A stretch of 64,000 bases of DNA from Burkholderiales bacterium (GCA_038205245.1 JBBRCD010000002.1:113-64112); one strand, 5' to 3'. Shown: positions 38,001 through 47,637, numbered from the stretch's first letter. Numbers and translations: made by a program. The notes: generated by a model from the letters alone, not told the origin.

Positions 38001-38936
38001 TCAGTCGCAGCGGCCGATCGAGGTCGAGGCGCAACGCCGGCCATCGGTCCAGATTGCGTTACCCAGCCGCGCCCGGGTGAGCTGAACCGCTTCCAGCTTC
38101 GCGTTGCGCAGGTCGGCGAAACTCAGGTCGGCGCTTTCCATACTGGCGCCCGACAGGTTGGCGCCGCTGAGGTTGGCACCGAACAGCCGCGCGCCGGACA
38201 GACGCGCGCCGGAGAGATCGGCGCCGGCAAGCTCGGCATAGGTCAGATCGGCGTTACGCAGGTCCGCCTCGGCAAACTTCACCCCGGACAACCGCGCCGC
38301 GCGCAGGTTGACCCCACCGAGCGCGGCGCCCTGCCGGTTACAGCCGGCCCAACTTACCCCGGGCGCCGGCGCTGCGGCGCAATTGGCCGCCAGCGAGCCA
38401 AGCGAGACCTCGATCGAGCTCGGCGCGCGCTGCCAGGTGGCAATGCCCACAGCCACCACCACGACCACCGCGGCTGCAATCGCTGGCAGCAGCCACCCCC
38501 GCGATGCCCCGCTGCGGTCGTAGGCCGCTGACAGTTCCCGGCGCAGCCGGCGCCAAAGCACGACCTGAAGCAGCTCACGCTGCTGCCTGCGCTCATCGAG
38601 CGAGCGGCGCTCCTCGGCAGACTCGACCTCGTCACCGGTGCGTCGATCCAGCCCGCTGCGCTCGTCCGCCCATCTTTTTGCCGCGGCCAGCCGCTCGTTG
38701 TGCCAGCTTATTGACGACGGTTCGTCGGACTCGGCCAGGGCGGCGCGTGCCGAAGGCTCGAGCGCCGCCAGGATTTCCGGGTACAGTTTGAGCGGTTGCC
38801 AGTTCCGGCCATCCATACTCGCCGGATCGTCCCAGGCGAAACGGCCGAGCAGCAGACAGTCGACGATCACCTTCCTCGGATGCGGCCCGATCAGCTTGCC
38901 TTCCCGGCGAACGTACCAGAGTGTCTGGGCCGTCAT
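38001..38936 (-). CDS. GYF_2 (DUF4339)-domain / single-TM / pentapeptide-repeat protein
   Basis: ATG 38936 overlaps the upstream gene's TGA (ATGA). N-terminus WYVRREGKLIGPHPRKVIVDCLLLGRFAWDDPASMDGRNWQPL. TM helix LLPAIAAAVVVVVAVGIATW. The C-terminus has more than 15 A(D/N)LxG pentapeptide units (ADLRNADLTYAELAGADLSGARLSGARLFGANLSGANLSGASM...). Confidence 0.75.
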   Translation of the reverse strand: MTAQTLWYVRREGKLIGPHPRKVIVDCLLLGRFAWDDPASMDGRNWQPLKLYPEILAALEPSARAALAESDEPSSISWHNERLAAAKRWADERSGLDRRTGDEVESAEERRSLDERRQQRELLQVVLWRRLRRELSAAYDRSGASRGWLLPAIAAAVVVVVAVGIATWQRAPSSIEVSLGSLAANCAAAPAPGVSWAGCNRQGAALGGVNLRAARLSGVKFAEADLRNADLTYAELAGADLSGARLSGARLFGANLSGANLSGASMESADLSFADLRNAKLEAVQLTRARLGNAIWTDGRRCASTSIGRCD

Positions 38937-40390
38937 CGGCGCTCGCCAGCGCAACTGCGGAAGCCTGCGAACACATCGCGCCGCTCCGGCGTGTAGAAGT
39001 TGCGCCAGGTGTTGCTGATCAGGTCAGCCGCCGTCGCGAAACAGCCCCCGCGAAGCACTTGATGGGTGCCGAACCACGGCTCGGAATACTCACGGTAGGG
39101 GTCGGTCACGAAGCCAGGGTAGGGCTGAAACTGCGAGGCAGTCCACTCCCAGACGTTGCCGATCATCTGCCGGCAGCCCCAGGCGCTGTCCCCGGCCGCC
39201 AGCGCGCCCGCCGCCAGCAAAGAAGACCCGCCCGCCCCGTCAGCAGACCATAGATTCGCCAATGCCGGGCCCGGGACCGTGGTGCCCCAGGGGTAGCGTC
39301 GACCGGGCGCATGATCCGGCCCGCCGCCAGGTACGGTCGCCGCTGCAAACTCCCACTCCGCTTCGGTCGGCAGGCGCCGACCGGCCCAGACGCACCAGGC
39401 TGCCGCCTCGTGCGCGTTGACATGGATCATCGGCTGATTCATCGGCAGCGCCTCCCATTGCTCGAACCGGCGCTGCTCCCACCCCTGCCGGCGCTCGAGT
39501 CGGCGCCAGTACGCCGGCGCGCTCGCCTCGGCCTGCCCGCGCCAGGCCCAGCCCGCTTCCGACCACCAGCGGCGCTCGGCATACCCGCCGTCTTCGACGA
39601 ACGCCAGGTACTCGGCCACCCGGGTCGTGCAACGGGCGATCGCGTAGGGCTCAAGACTGACCGGATGCGCCCATTTCTCGTTGTCGAAGGCGAACCCGGT
39701 ACCCGGTTCAGCGCCGAGCAGAAATCGTCCACCAGCGATTTCGACATCTCCGCCCGATACCGCGCCATTGGTGTACGCGCCCGAGCCCGGCCGGCTGCCG
39801 GCAAACTCGTCGCAGCGGGCGGTCACCGCCCAGGCCGGAGCAGTGTAGCCAAGCGACTGCGCACTGTAGACGAACGCTTCCGAGTGCATCTGTTCATGCC
39901 GTGCTGCGAGCTGCGCGAAGTAGGTTGTGGCGCCCGGGTGATCGCCCAGGCGCCGGCGCTCGCGCTCGAGTCCGTCAAGCGCGAGCGCCATCACCTTATC
40001 GAGCCAGACCCAGGTGGCGGCCAGCGAGGGCAACGGCAGGTCCCAGCGCAGTGAGTGCGCCACCTGTGCCGAGTCGTAAAGCGTATCTGCCCCGGGAAGC
40101 GACGATGGCGCGAGCGCGCCGTCGCCACGCGGGCGCAGCATCCAGCGTTCCTGGAACCAGCCCAGGTGGCCGAGTTCCCACAGCGGCGGATTGACGATCG
40201 GCAAGCGTGGACCGAGCAACGCCTCGCCGTCCAGGGACGCCATCACCGCCCGGGTACGCAACCGCGCCTCGACCAGCTGGCGCACACAGTCGTCGATCAG
40301 GCCCTCTGCCGGGCGCTCTGCCGTTGGCAGCGCCGCAGGCGCGGCATACGCATCAGGCACCGGTGCGATCCTGGTCTGCGGGCTGTACAT
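38933..40390 (-). CDS. EgtB/SenA-family C-S (or C-Se) bond-forming synthase (DinB-like N-domain plus FGE-sulfatase/SUMF1-like C-domain)
   Basis: 485 aa. LWELGHLGWFQE and ARHEQMHSEAF (DinB-type metal site). C-terminus GNVWEWTASQFQPYPGF...VLRGGCFAT...FRSC (FGE-like). The sequence alone cannot separate EgtB from SenA. Confidence 0.8.
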   Translation of the reverse strand: MYSPQTRIAPVPDAYAAPAALPTAERPAEGLIDDCVRQLVEARLRTRAVMASLDGEALLGPRLPIVNPPLWELGHLGWFQERWMLRPRGDGALAPSSLPGADTLYDSAQVAHSLRWDLPLPSLAATWVWLDKVMALALDGLERERRRLGDHPGATTYFAQLAARHEQMHSEAFVYSAQSLGYTAPAWAVTARCDEFAGSRPGSGAYTNGAVSGGDVEIAGGRFLLGAEPGTGFAFDNEKWAHPVSLEPYAIARCTTRVAEYLAFVEDGGYAERRWWSEAGWAWRGQAEASAPAYWRRLERRQGWEQRRFEQWEALPMNQPMIHVNAHEAAAWCVWAGRRLPTEAEWEFAAATVPGGGPDHAPGRRYPWGTTVPGPALANLWSADGAGGSSLLAAGALAAGDSAWGCRQMIGNVWEWTASQFQPYPGFVTDPYREYSEPWFGTHQVLRGGCFATAADLISNTWRNFYTPERRDVFAGFRSCAGERR

Positions 40391-40494
40391 CGTCGATCAA
40401 GCTCCCTAACATCGCCCGGCGCTACCGGTGGCCTCACCTGTCCGGAGGCACAGCGACACCCCCGAGTTTACGCGCGAACCTGCGCTACCCGCCG

Positions 40495-41508
40495 ATGCAG
40501 ATTTCGCTCGTTACACCGGCCCCACCCGCATCGCGCGCCGGCAACCGCAACACCGCGGTGCGCTGGGCACGCCTGCTGCGCCAGTCGGGTCATCGAGTGC
40601 GCATCTGTACCCAGTGGCGGCCCGCCGCCATGTGTGCGCTGGAGGCCGGTGCGCCGACCGAACTGCTGCTCGCGCTGCACGCCAGGCGTAGCCACGAGTC
40701 CATCGTGCGCTTCCGGGCCGCGCTGCCGCACCGACCGATCGTGCTGGTGCTCACCGGCACCGATGTGTACCGCGACATCATCGACGACCGCCAGGCCCAG
40801 CGCTCGCTGCAACTGGCAGACCGGCTGGTCGTACTGCAACCGCGTGCGCTGGACGAGCTGTCGACCGATCTGCGCGCGCGCGCCCATGTGGTGATCCAGT
40901 CGGCACCCGCAGCCCCCGCGGTCGAGCCGCTCAGGCGCAGCTTCGAGCTTTGCGTGGTCGGGCATCTGCGGGACGAGAAAGACCCGCTGTGCGCCGCACG
41001 TGCGCTGCCGGCGCTGGTGCCCCCGCTGCTTGCCGCCCCGCTTGCCGCCCGGCTTCGCATCACCCAGGTCGGGCGCGCCCTCGACCCGGACCTTGAACGC
41101 GAGGCGCGCGCTGCGATGCGCGCAGACCGGCGCTACCGCTGGCTGGGCGAAGTCGCACCGTGGCGCGCTCGTCGGCTGATTGCCCGCTCGCGCGCGATGA
41201 TCATCAGTTCGCGCATGGAGGGTGGCGCAAACGTCGTGTCAGAGGCGATCGCCGCCGGCACCCCGGTGCTCGCCTCGCGTATCCCTGGCAACCTCGGTCT
41301 GCTCGGTGAGGACTGGCCAGCCTGCTACCCGGTCGGAGACGCCGGCGCACTGGCCAGATTGATTGCGCGATTCGCAACCGACCCGGCGTTTCGAGCGATG
41401 CTGCAGCGGGCGATCGACCGGCTCGCCGGTACGGTCGACCCCGATCAGGAGCGCGCGGCGCTGGATTCGGTAATCGCGGCTGCGGCAGCTGGTCCGCCCA
41501 TGCGGTAG
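40495..41508 (+). CDS. Glycosyltransferase, SenB (selenosugar synthase)-like family
   Basis: ORF trimmed to ATG 40495. MQISLVTPAPPASRAGNRNTAVRWARLLRQSGHRV...LALHARRSHESI...LTGTDVYRDI...SSRMEGGANVVSEAIAAGTPVLAS. This resembles, from memory, the GT family that co-occurs with EgtB-like and SelD genes. Needs HMM confirmation. Confidence 0.6.
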   Translation: MQISLVTPAPPASRAGNRNTAVRWARLLRQSGHRVRICTQWRPAAMCALEAGAPTELLLALHARRSHESIVRFRAALPHRPIVLVLTGTDVYRDIIDDRQAQRSLQLADRLVVLQPRALDELSTDLRARAHVVIQSAPAAPAVEPLRRSFELCVVGHLRDEKDPLCAARALPALVPPLLAAPLAARLRITQVGRALDPDLEREARAAMRADRRYRWLGEVAPWRARRLIARSRAMIISSRMEGGANVVSEAIAAGTPVLASRIPGNLGLLGEDWPACYPVGDAGALARLIARFATDPAFRAMLQRAIDRLAGTVDPDQERAALDSVIAAAAAGPPMR

Positions 41509-42368
41509 ACATGGAGCGCCGACCCGGTCGCATCGTCGACCGGCAGCGTGCGCTCAGGCGCCACGCCCGGCACCGGAAAGCTGTTGCTGATGAACAGCGA
41601 CCCGGCCTGCATCTCGCCGGTCGCCTTCGCCCATAGCCGGGCCATGGGCACCGGCGACAGATAGGCGTACACCACGTCGGCGCCCGACAGGTCCTGCTTC
41701 CACAGGTCCTGCCGCCTCACCGTCACCCGGTTCGGCGACGCCAGGCTGCGCAGGCGGCTCACTGCAAAGGGCAGCCAGGCCGTCTCCAGCCCGAGGCATT
41801 CATCGGTAGGCCGTTCCCGCCCGACGCTGCACACCACACCTCCTAACCCGCAGCCCAGGTCGACGAAGCGGATCGGAGTACCGGTCGGCAACAGTTCCAG
41901 CAGGCGATCGCAGGCAGCGCTGCTGGTGAGAAACAACGGTACCCGCTCGCGCAAGGCATTGCCGTTGGTGACCGCCAGGGCGCCGGCGAAACCCAGGTAG
42001 ATCCAAGGCGGCGGATCGATCCGCCCGAGCAGCAATGCTGCCGGGGCGAACGCGCTGTGCATCACGATCCACCATTGCGCCTGGCCAGTAGCGGTGGCCA
42101 GCAGCACGGCGATGCCGGCCTGCAGGAGCGCCCAGAGCGTCCACGGCGTATCGATTGAAGCAACTTCGGCAACGCAGTAAAGGGCCAGTGCAGCGGCGGT
42201 TGCCACCACCTGAATCAGCAGGCCGGCGAGCGCAGGGGGCATCCGCTCCAGGCTGTGCGCGAGCAACTGGCCACGGGCAAAGCCCCTTGCCCTGCCCGCT
42301 TGCCGGCCCTCGGCCAGAGCCAGGGTTACCGGCTCGGGCACCGGTGCAGCTGGCCGGGATTCGCTCAT
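41445..42368 (-). CDS. Membrane-anchored class I SAM-dependent methyltransferase
   Basis: ORF trimmed to ATG 42368, just after the motB stop at 42376. About 4 N-terminal TM helices, then VDLGCGLGGVV (motif I) ...ADVVYAYLSP...LFISNSF. The 3' end overlaps the convergent GT gene by 64 nt. Confidence 0.6.
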   Translation of the reverse strand: MSESRPAAPVPEPVTLALAEGRQAGRARGFARGQLLAHSLERMPPALAGLLIQVVATAAALALYCVAEVASIDTPWTLWALLQAGIAVLLATATGQAQWWIVMHSAFAPAALLLGRIDPPPWIYLGFAGALAVTNGNALRERVPLFLTSSAACDRLLELLPTGTPIRFVDLGCGLGGVVCSVGRERPTDECLGLETAWLPFAVSRLRSLASPNRVTVRRQDLWKQDLSGADVVYAYLSPVPMARLWAKATGEMQAGSLFISNSFPVPGVAPERTLPVDDATGSALHVYRMGGPAAAAAITESSAARS

Positions 42369-42375
42369 CGACACC

Positions 42376-43380
42376 TCAGCGTCCCGCCGGTGCTGCCGGC
42401 GCGGCCTGGACGGCCGTGATCGCTGCGACCGGCGCCGATGCGCTCGCCCCGACCGCGGGTGCGACGACTTGACCCGCAGGACGCGGAGCCTCGGCACCGG
42501 CCCGGGGCGCCGCTGCAGACTCCGAAGTGATCGCCTGTTCGGTCTTGCGATTGAGCACGATGATGCTGATGCGCCGGTTCACCGCGTCCAACGGCGGCGC
42601 ACCCGGGAACCCCACGGCCGAAGCCAGGCCGACCACGCGCAGCACCTTGGTGTCGGCCATGCCGCCGGCGACCATCTCGCGGCGCGCGGTGTTGGCGCGC
42701 TCGGCGGAAAGCTCCCAGTTGCTGAAGCCACGATCGCCAGTGCCGAAGGCGGCCGCATCCGTATGTCCTGACAGGCTGACCCGGTTCGGCACATCGTTGA
42801 GGATGGTACCGATCTCGCGCAGCAGGTCCCGGGTGTAGTTCGCCAGCGCGCTGCTGCCGGTCGCGAACATCGGACGGTTCTGCTGGTCGACGATCTGGAT
42901 GCGTAACCCCTCCGGGGTCAGGTCTACCATCAGCTGCTTGCGAAACGGCATCAGCTGCGGATTGGCCTCGATCGCCCTCTCCACCTTCTCCTTGAGTTCG
43001 GCCAGCTTGGCTTTTTCGCGCGCCTCCAGTTCGGCTTCGAGCTCCTTCTCGTCGAGCTTGCGCTCGACCGGCTCGACATCGCCGTTGCGCACCTGGCCAG
43101 CGCGCGAGGTCATGTCAGTACCGCCCCCCTGGATCACGCTCGTAGCCTCGCCGGTGGAAGAACCACCCATCAGCGCAGTGCGCAGCGGTGTGTTGAAGTA
43201 GTCCGAGATGCCCTTCAGATCGCCCTTGCTGACCGAACCGAGCAGCCACATCAGCAGGAAGAAGGCCATCATCGCAGTAACGAAGTCGGCGTATGCGATC
43301 TTCCAGGCGCCCCCGTGCTTGCCGTGGCCACCCTTCTTGATACGCTTTACGATGATCGGTTGCTGGGTGTCTTCAGCCAT
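42376..43380 (-). CDS. motB: Flagellar stator protein MotB
   Basis: HGGAWKIAYADFVTAMMAFFLLMWLL (plug plus TM with conserved Asp). C-terminal OmpA-like domain LSGHTDAAAF...NWELSAERANTARREM...NRRISIIV. Confidence 0.9.
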   Translation of the reverse strand: MAEDTQQPIIVKRIKKGGHGKHGGAWKIAYADFVTAMMAFFLLMWLLGSVSKGDLKGISDYFNTPLRTALMGGSSTGEATSVIQGGGTDMTSRAGQVRNGDVEPVERKLDEKELEAELEAREKAKLAELKEKVERAIEANPQLMPFRKQLMVDLTPEGLRIQIVDQQNRPMFATGSSALANYTRDLLREIGTILNDVPNRVSLSGHTDAAAFGTGDRGFSNWELSAERANTARREMVAGGMADTKVLRVVGLASAVGFPGAPPLDAVNRRISIIVLNRKTEQAITSESAAAPRAGAEAPRPAGQVVAPAVGASASAPVAAITAVQAAPAAPAGR

Positions 43381-43386
43381 GGGGCG

Positions 43387-43458
43387 GCCAGTCGGTAGCC
43401 GAGTCGGTAGGCGAGTCGGTAGGCGAGTCGGTAGTCAAATCGGTAGACAGATCGAGAG
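43387..43458. repeat. 12-nt tandem repeat x6 (gccagtcggtag ccgagtcggtag gcgagtcggtag gcgagtcggtag tcaaatcggtag acagatcgagag) between motA and motB
   Basis: Read directly. Two perfect central copies, degenerating outward. Confidence 0.85.
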
Positions 43459-43492
43459 GTACTTCGCGTTTAAGTCGCGCGGCGCGAGCGGA

Positions 43493-44353
43493 CTACTTGC
43501 CCTTGCGCTGCTTCACTTCTTCTTCCAGCTCGGAGAAGCTGGGGCGCTCGGTCGAGTACAGCACCTTGCGCCCGAACTCGACTGCGACCTGCGGCGGATA
43601 GCCGTTGAGGCTCGCCAGCAGCGTCACCTTGATGCACTGGAGCATCTTGGTCTGCTCGGACAGCTTCTGTTCGAGCAGACTCGCCAACGGACCGACGAAA
43701 CCGTAGGCGAGCAGAATGCCGAGGAAGGTGCCGACCAGGGCGGCACCGATCTTCTTGCCCAGAATCTCCGGAGGTTCACCGACCGAGGCCATCGTCTTCA
43801 CCACGCCCATCACCGCCGCGATGATGCCGAACGCTGGCAGACCGTCGCCCATGCGCGCTATCGCACCGATCGGTGCCTCGCCCTCGTGGTGGTGCGTTTC
43901 GATCTCGTTGTCCATCAGATTCTCGATTTCGAAGGCGTTCAGATTGCCGCCGACCATCAGGCGCAGGTAGTCGACCAGGAAGTCCATCGCATGATGGTCT
44001 TCGAGGATCATCGGGTACTTGGTGAAGATCGGCGACTGATCGGGTGTCTCGACATCGGACTCGATCGACATCAGGCCTTCCTTGCGCACCTTGGCCAGCA
44101 GGTCGTACAGCAGCGACAGCAACTCGAGGTACATCTCCTTGGTGTACTTCGAGCCCTTGAAGCAGGTGGGCAGGGTCGCGAACGTCGCCTTGATCACCTT
44201 GGACGAGTTGCCGACCAGGAAGGCCGCGAACGCCGCCCCGCCGATGATCACCAGCTCCTGCGGCTGCCAGAGCGCGGCGAACTTGCCTCCAGCCATGGCA
44301 TAGCCCCCTAGCACCGCTACCAGCACTCCGACCCAGCCGACGATGACCAGCAT
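43493..44353 (-). CDS. motA: Flagellar stator protein MotA
   Basis: 286 aa. MLVIVGWVGVLVAVLGGYAMAGG...PAFGIIAAVMGVV...LVGTFLGILLAYGFVGPLA. Confidence 0.92.
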   Translation of the reverse strand: MLVIVGWVGVLVAVLGGYAMAGGKFAALWQPQELVIIGGAAFAAFLVGNSSKVIKATFATLPTCFKGSKYTKEMYLELLSLLYDLLAKVRKEGLMSIESDVETPDQSPIFTKYPMILEDHHAMDFLVDYLRLMVGGNLNAFEIENLMDNEIETHHHEGEAPIGAIARMGDGLPAFGIIAAVMGVVKTMASVGEPPEILGKKIGAALVGTFLGILLAYGFVGPLASLLEQKLSEQTKMLQCIKVTLLASLNGYPPQVAVEFGRKVLYSTERPSFSELEEEVKQRKGK

Positions 44354-44517
44354 GCGAGCTCCGCCCTTTTATATTCGCCAAAACGCGCGCCCGTCGGATG
44401 GATCGACGTAGCCCACCGTTAACGGACCGATTCCGGGCGACTTGAGTCGGGTTCCTGCCTGCCGGTCTGGACCGCAGCCGCCCCCCCGGACTGGCCAGGC
44501 CGGGCACCACAGCCGCT

Positions 44518-45141
44518 TCAGGCCGCGCCGTGCAACCGGGCGGCAGCCGCCACCGGCCGGAACGACCGGCGATGCGCCGTGCACGGCCCCAGCCTGGCCA
44601 ATGCCTCGAAATGCGCAGTGGTGGGGTAGCCCATATGCCGGTCGAAGCCGTAGCCCGGATGGTCGAGCGCCAGCGCGCGCATGCAGTCGTCGCGCGCGGT
44701 CTTGGCCAGGATCGACGCCGCAGAGATCGCCGCGACCCGGGCGTCGCCCTTGATCACGGCAAGCATCTGCCCGGACACCTCCGGCAGCCGGGGCAACTGG
44801 TTGCCGTCCACCCAGACCGCAGCTGGCAGACGATTCAGCGCGAGCACTGCCCGGCGCATCGCCAGCAGGCTGGCCTGCAGGATGTTGATCGCGTCGATCT
44901 CGGCCGGTTCGGCCAGCGCGATCGCCCAGCCAGCGGCACGCTCCTTTATCAGGACGGCCAGCGCCTCGCGCTGACGCGCACTCAGCCGCTTGGAATCGGC
45001 CAGGCCGGGAATCGACCGGGTCGAATCGAGCACGACTGCCGCCGCATACACCGGTCCGGCCAGGGGCCCCCGGCCGGCTTCATCGACGCCGCACAGGCCA
45101 GCCGGCATCGGCGCCAGGTCCGGCAGACCGCGCCAGTGCAC
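44518..45141 (-). CDS. rnhB: Ribonuclease HII
   Basis: [21 protein letters not shown]...DSKRLS...ASILAK...GYP motifs. Confidence 0.93.
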   Translation of the reverse strand: MHWRGLPDLAPMPAGLCGVDEAGRGPLAGPVYAAAVVLDSTRSIPGLADSKRLSARQREALAVLIKERAAGWAIALAEPAEIDAINILQASLLAMRRAVLALNRLPAAVWVDGNQLPRLPEVSGQMLAVIKGDARVAAISAASILAKTARDDCMRALALDHPGYGFDRHMGYPTTAHFEALARLGPCTAHRRSFRPVAAAARLHGAA

Positions 45142-45172
45142 GTCGGCCCGCGATACTGGCGACGATGCCCCC

Positions 45173-46405
45173 TTAAGAGTGGCCAGCCGGCCCCCCGAGC
45201 ACTTCGAGCACAGCGCTGGAGATCCGCTCGGCGCTGCCCTGGCGCAGTTCCTGGTGCATCCGGCCGAATACCTCGGCGAGCTGACGCCGCACCGGCGGAT
45301 CCCCGATCAGGTTGGCCAGCGCCTGAGCCAGATTCTCGGCTGTCGCATGCTCCTGGATCAGTTCCGGCACGATGAACCGGCCCGCCAGAATATTCGGCAA
45401 TCCACCATAGGGCAGGTAGCCCTTGCCCCGCATGAGGCGCCAGGACCAGTCCGCCATACGGTAGGTGATCACCATCGGGCAGCGCAACAGCGCGGCCTCG
45501 AGCGTGGCGGTACCGGAGGCCACCAGCGCTGCGTCGGCGGCGGTCAATGCGCTATGGGCATGGCCGAACAGGATCTGCAGCGGAAGGTCATGGGCCTCGC
45601 GTTCGTAGATTGCCTGTTCGAACCGGGCACGGGTCTCACGGCTGACCAGCGGCACCAGGAACTGAACGCCGGGCAGCCGGGCGTGAAGTTTCTGCGCGGT
45701 CTCGACGAACAGGTCAGCCATGTAGTCGAGTTCCCCGTCCCGGCTGCCTGGCAGCAGCGCGATCACTGGCGCGGCAGCGGGCAGCCGCAGTTGCTCCCGG
45801 GTACCGGTCCGATCCGGATGCTCGGGCAGCAGATCAGCCAGCGGATGGCCGACATAGGTGACCGGCACGCCGCCGCGTTCGAGCAGCGGTTTCTCGAACG
45901 GGAACAGCGCCAGCACCCGGTCGGCGGCGTCGCGCAAGAGTCCGATGCGCTCACCGCGCCACGCCCAGATCGACGGACAGACATAGTGGATCGTGCGCAC
46001 CCGCCGCGCACGCAGACGCCGCTCCACCTCGAGATTGAAATCCGGCGCGTCGATGCCGATGAACAGGTCCGGCGGCTCGCGGGTCAATCGGTCGACCAGC
46101 TTGCGCCGAACCGCCGCGATCTCGCGATAGCGGCGCAGGACCTCGATGTAGCCGCGTACCGCCAGGGTCTCCATCGGGTGCCAGCAGTCCAGACCGGCCG
46201 CGCGCATCTTCGGTCCGCCGATGCCGCAGAACACGATATCCGGGCGGCGCGCGCGTACCGCGGCCATCAATTCCGCGCCAAGCAGGTCCCCAGAGGGTTC
46301 ACCGGCGACCAGCGCGATCCGGGTCACGCCAGCGGTCGGCACCTGGATCTGGCCTGAGGACAGCGCCAACGGGTGATTCGGGTTCCGGTTCGACCGGGCG
46401 ATCAA
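45173..46405 (-). CDS. lpxB: Lipid-A-disaccharide synthase
   Basis: [19 protein letters not shown].... Conserved position after lpxA. The listed start is TTG, overlapping the lpxA stop. In-frame GTG codons at 46342 and 46327 are alternative starts. Confidence 0.92.
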   Translation of the reverse strand: MIARSNRNPNHPLALSSGQIQVPTAGVTRIALVAGEPSGDLLGAELMAAVRARRPDIVFCGIGGPKMRAAGLDCWHPMETLAVRGYIEVLRRYREIAAVRRKLVDRLTREPPDLFIGIDAPDFNLEVERRLRARRVRTIHYVCPSIWAWRGERIGLLRDAADRVLALFPFEKPLLERGGVPVTYVGHPLADLLPEHPDRTGTREQLRLPAAAPVIALLPGSRDGELDYMADLFVETAQKLHARLPGVQFLVPLVSRETRARFEQAIYEREAHDLPLQILFGHAHSALTAADAALVASGTATLEAALLRCPMVITYRMADWSWRLMRGKGYLPYGGLPNILAGRFIVPELIQEHATAENLAQALANLIGDPPVRRQLAEVFGRMHQELRQGSAERISSAVLEVLGGPAGHS

Positions 46406-47181
46406 CGCGCCAGCCCGCGCCGCTGGGTGGCCAGGAAATCGGTGAGCACGGCGAGCAGCGGCACCTGGTGAGCCTGCAGCGCGAGCTCGGCGCGCGCCTC
46501 GTCCAGACTCAGCCCGGAACGATACAGCGTGCGAAACGCGCGCTTGACTGCCGCGACCGTATCCGGGTCGAACCCGCGCCTGCGCAAGCCCTCGCTGTTG
46601 ATGCCCCTGGGTTCGGCCGGGTTGCCTGCAGCCATCACGAACGGCGCAATGTCCTGGAGCACGACACTGCCGACCGAGGTGATGCAGTGCGCGCCGACAC
46701 TGCAGAACTGGTGCACTCCAGTGAACCCCCCCAGGATCGCGTGATCGCCGATGACCACATGCCCAGCGAGCTGAGTGCTGTTGGCCAGGATCGTATGATC
46801 GCCCAGCACGCAGTCATGGGCAACATGAACATAGGCCATGATCCAGTTGTCGTTGCCGATCCGGGTCACGCCGGCATCCTGCACGGTACCGCAGTTGAGC
46901 GTGCAGAACTCGCGCACCGTGTTGCGATCGCCGATCACCAGGCGGGTCGGCTCGCCTCGGTACTTCTTGTCCTGCGGTGCCTCGCCGACTGAACAGAACT
47001 GGAAAATCCGGTTGTCGCGGCCGATCTCGGTATGGCCACGGAGCACGCAATGCGGACCGATCCAGGTACCTGCCGCGATGCGTACATCCGGACCGATCAG
47101 GGTGAACGCACCGACCTCGACATCGTCGGCCAGATCGGCCGAAGAGTCGATGATAGCCGTCGAATGGATGCGTTCGGTCAT
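46402..47181 (-). CDS. lpxA: Acyl-ACP--UDP-N-acetylglucosamine O-acyltransferase
   Basis: 259 aa left-handed beta-helix hexapeptide repeats. IHSTAIIDSSADLADDVEVGAFTLIGPDVRI... Confidence 0.95.
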   Translation of the reverse strand: MTERIHSTAIIDSSADLADDVEVGAFTLIGPDVRIAAGTWIGPHCVLRGHTEIGRDNRIFQFCSVGEAPQDKKYRGEPTRLVIGDRNTVREFCTLNCGTVQDAGVTRIGNDNWIMAYVHVAHDCVLGDHTILANSTQLAGHVVIGDHAILGGFTGVHQFCSVGAHCITSVGSVVLQDIAPFVMAAGNPAEPRGINSEGLRRRGFDPDTVAAVKRAFRTLYRSGLSLDEARAELALQAHQVPLLAVLTDFLATQRRGLAR

Positions 47182-47199
47182 ATCGCCTCCGCGCTTCGA

Positions 47200-47637
47200 T
47201 CAGGCGATCGCGCGCCGCACGCACGTTATCAGGCATTCGGCGGCCAGCTGTCCGTCCACTCGCGCAGCTGCCTTGAACTTGTAGACATCGCGCATGTAGC
47301 GGGTCAGTTCGACTTCGAGCACCAGCTGGTCCCCTGGCATCACAGGGCGCTTGAAGCGAGCGTCATCGACCCCGGCCAGATAGTAGACCGACCCGTCGTC
47401 CGGCCGCGACTTCACCGTACGGAAGGCCAGGATGGCGGCAGCCTGCGCGAGCGCCTCGATGATCAGAACGCCTGGCATCACCGGATGATGCGGAAAGTGC
47501 CCGGGAAAGAACGGTTCGTTGATCGACACGTTCTTCAGCGCACGGATACGCACCCCGGGTTCGAGTTCGAGCACTCGGTCGACCAGCAGGAATGGGAAGC
47601 GATGCGGCAGGTTCTGCAGGATCGCGTGGATGTCCAT
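47200..47637 (-). CDS. fabZ: 3-hydroxyacyl-ACP dehydratase FabZ
   Basis: Trimmed to ATG 47637. [21 protein letters not shown]...[23 protein letters not shown]. Confidence 0.93.
   Translation of the reverse strand: MDIHAILQNLPHRFPFLLVDRVLELEPGVRIRALKNVSINEPFFPGHFPHHPVMPGVLIIEALAQAAAILAFRTVKSRPDDGSVYYLAGVDDARFKRPVMPGDQLVLEVELTRYMRDVYKFKAAARVDGQLAAECLITCVRRAIA

Noticed and set aside
44990-46357. 455-aa plus-strand ORF
   Set aside because: It is antisense to lpxB and rnhB, and reads as GC-rich frame noise.
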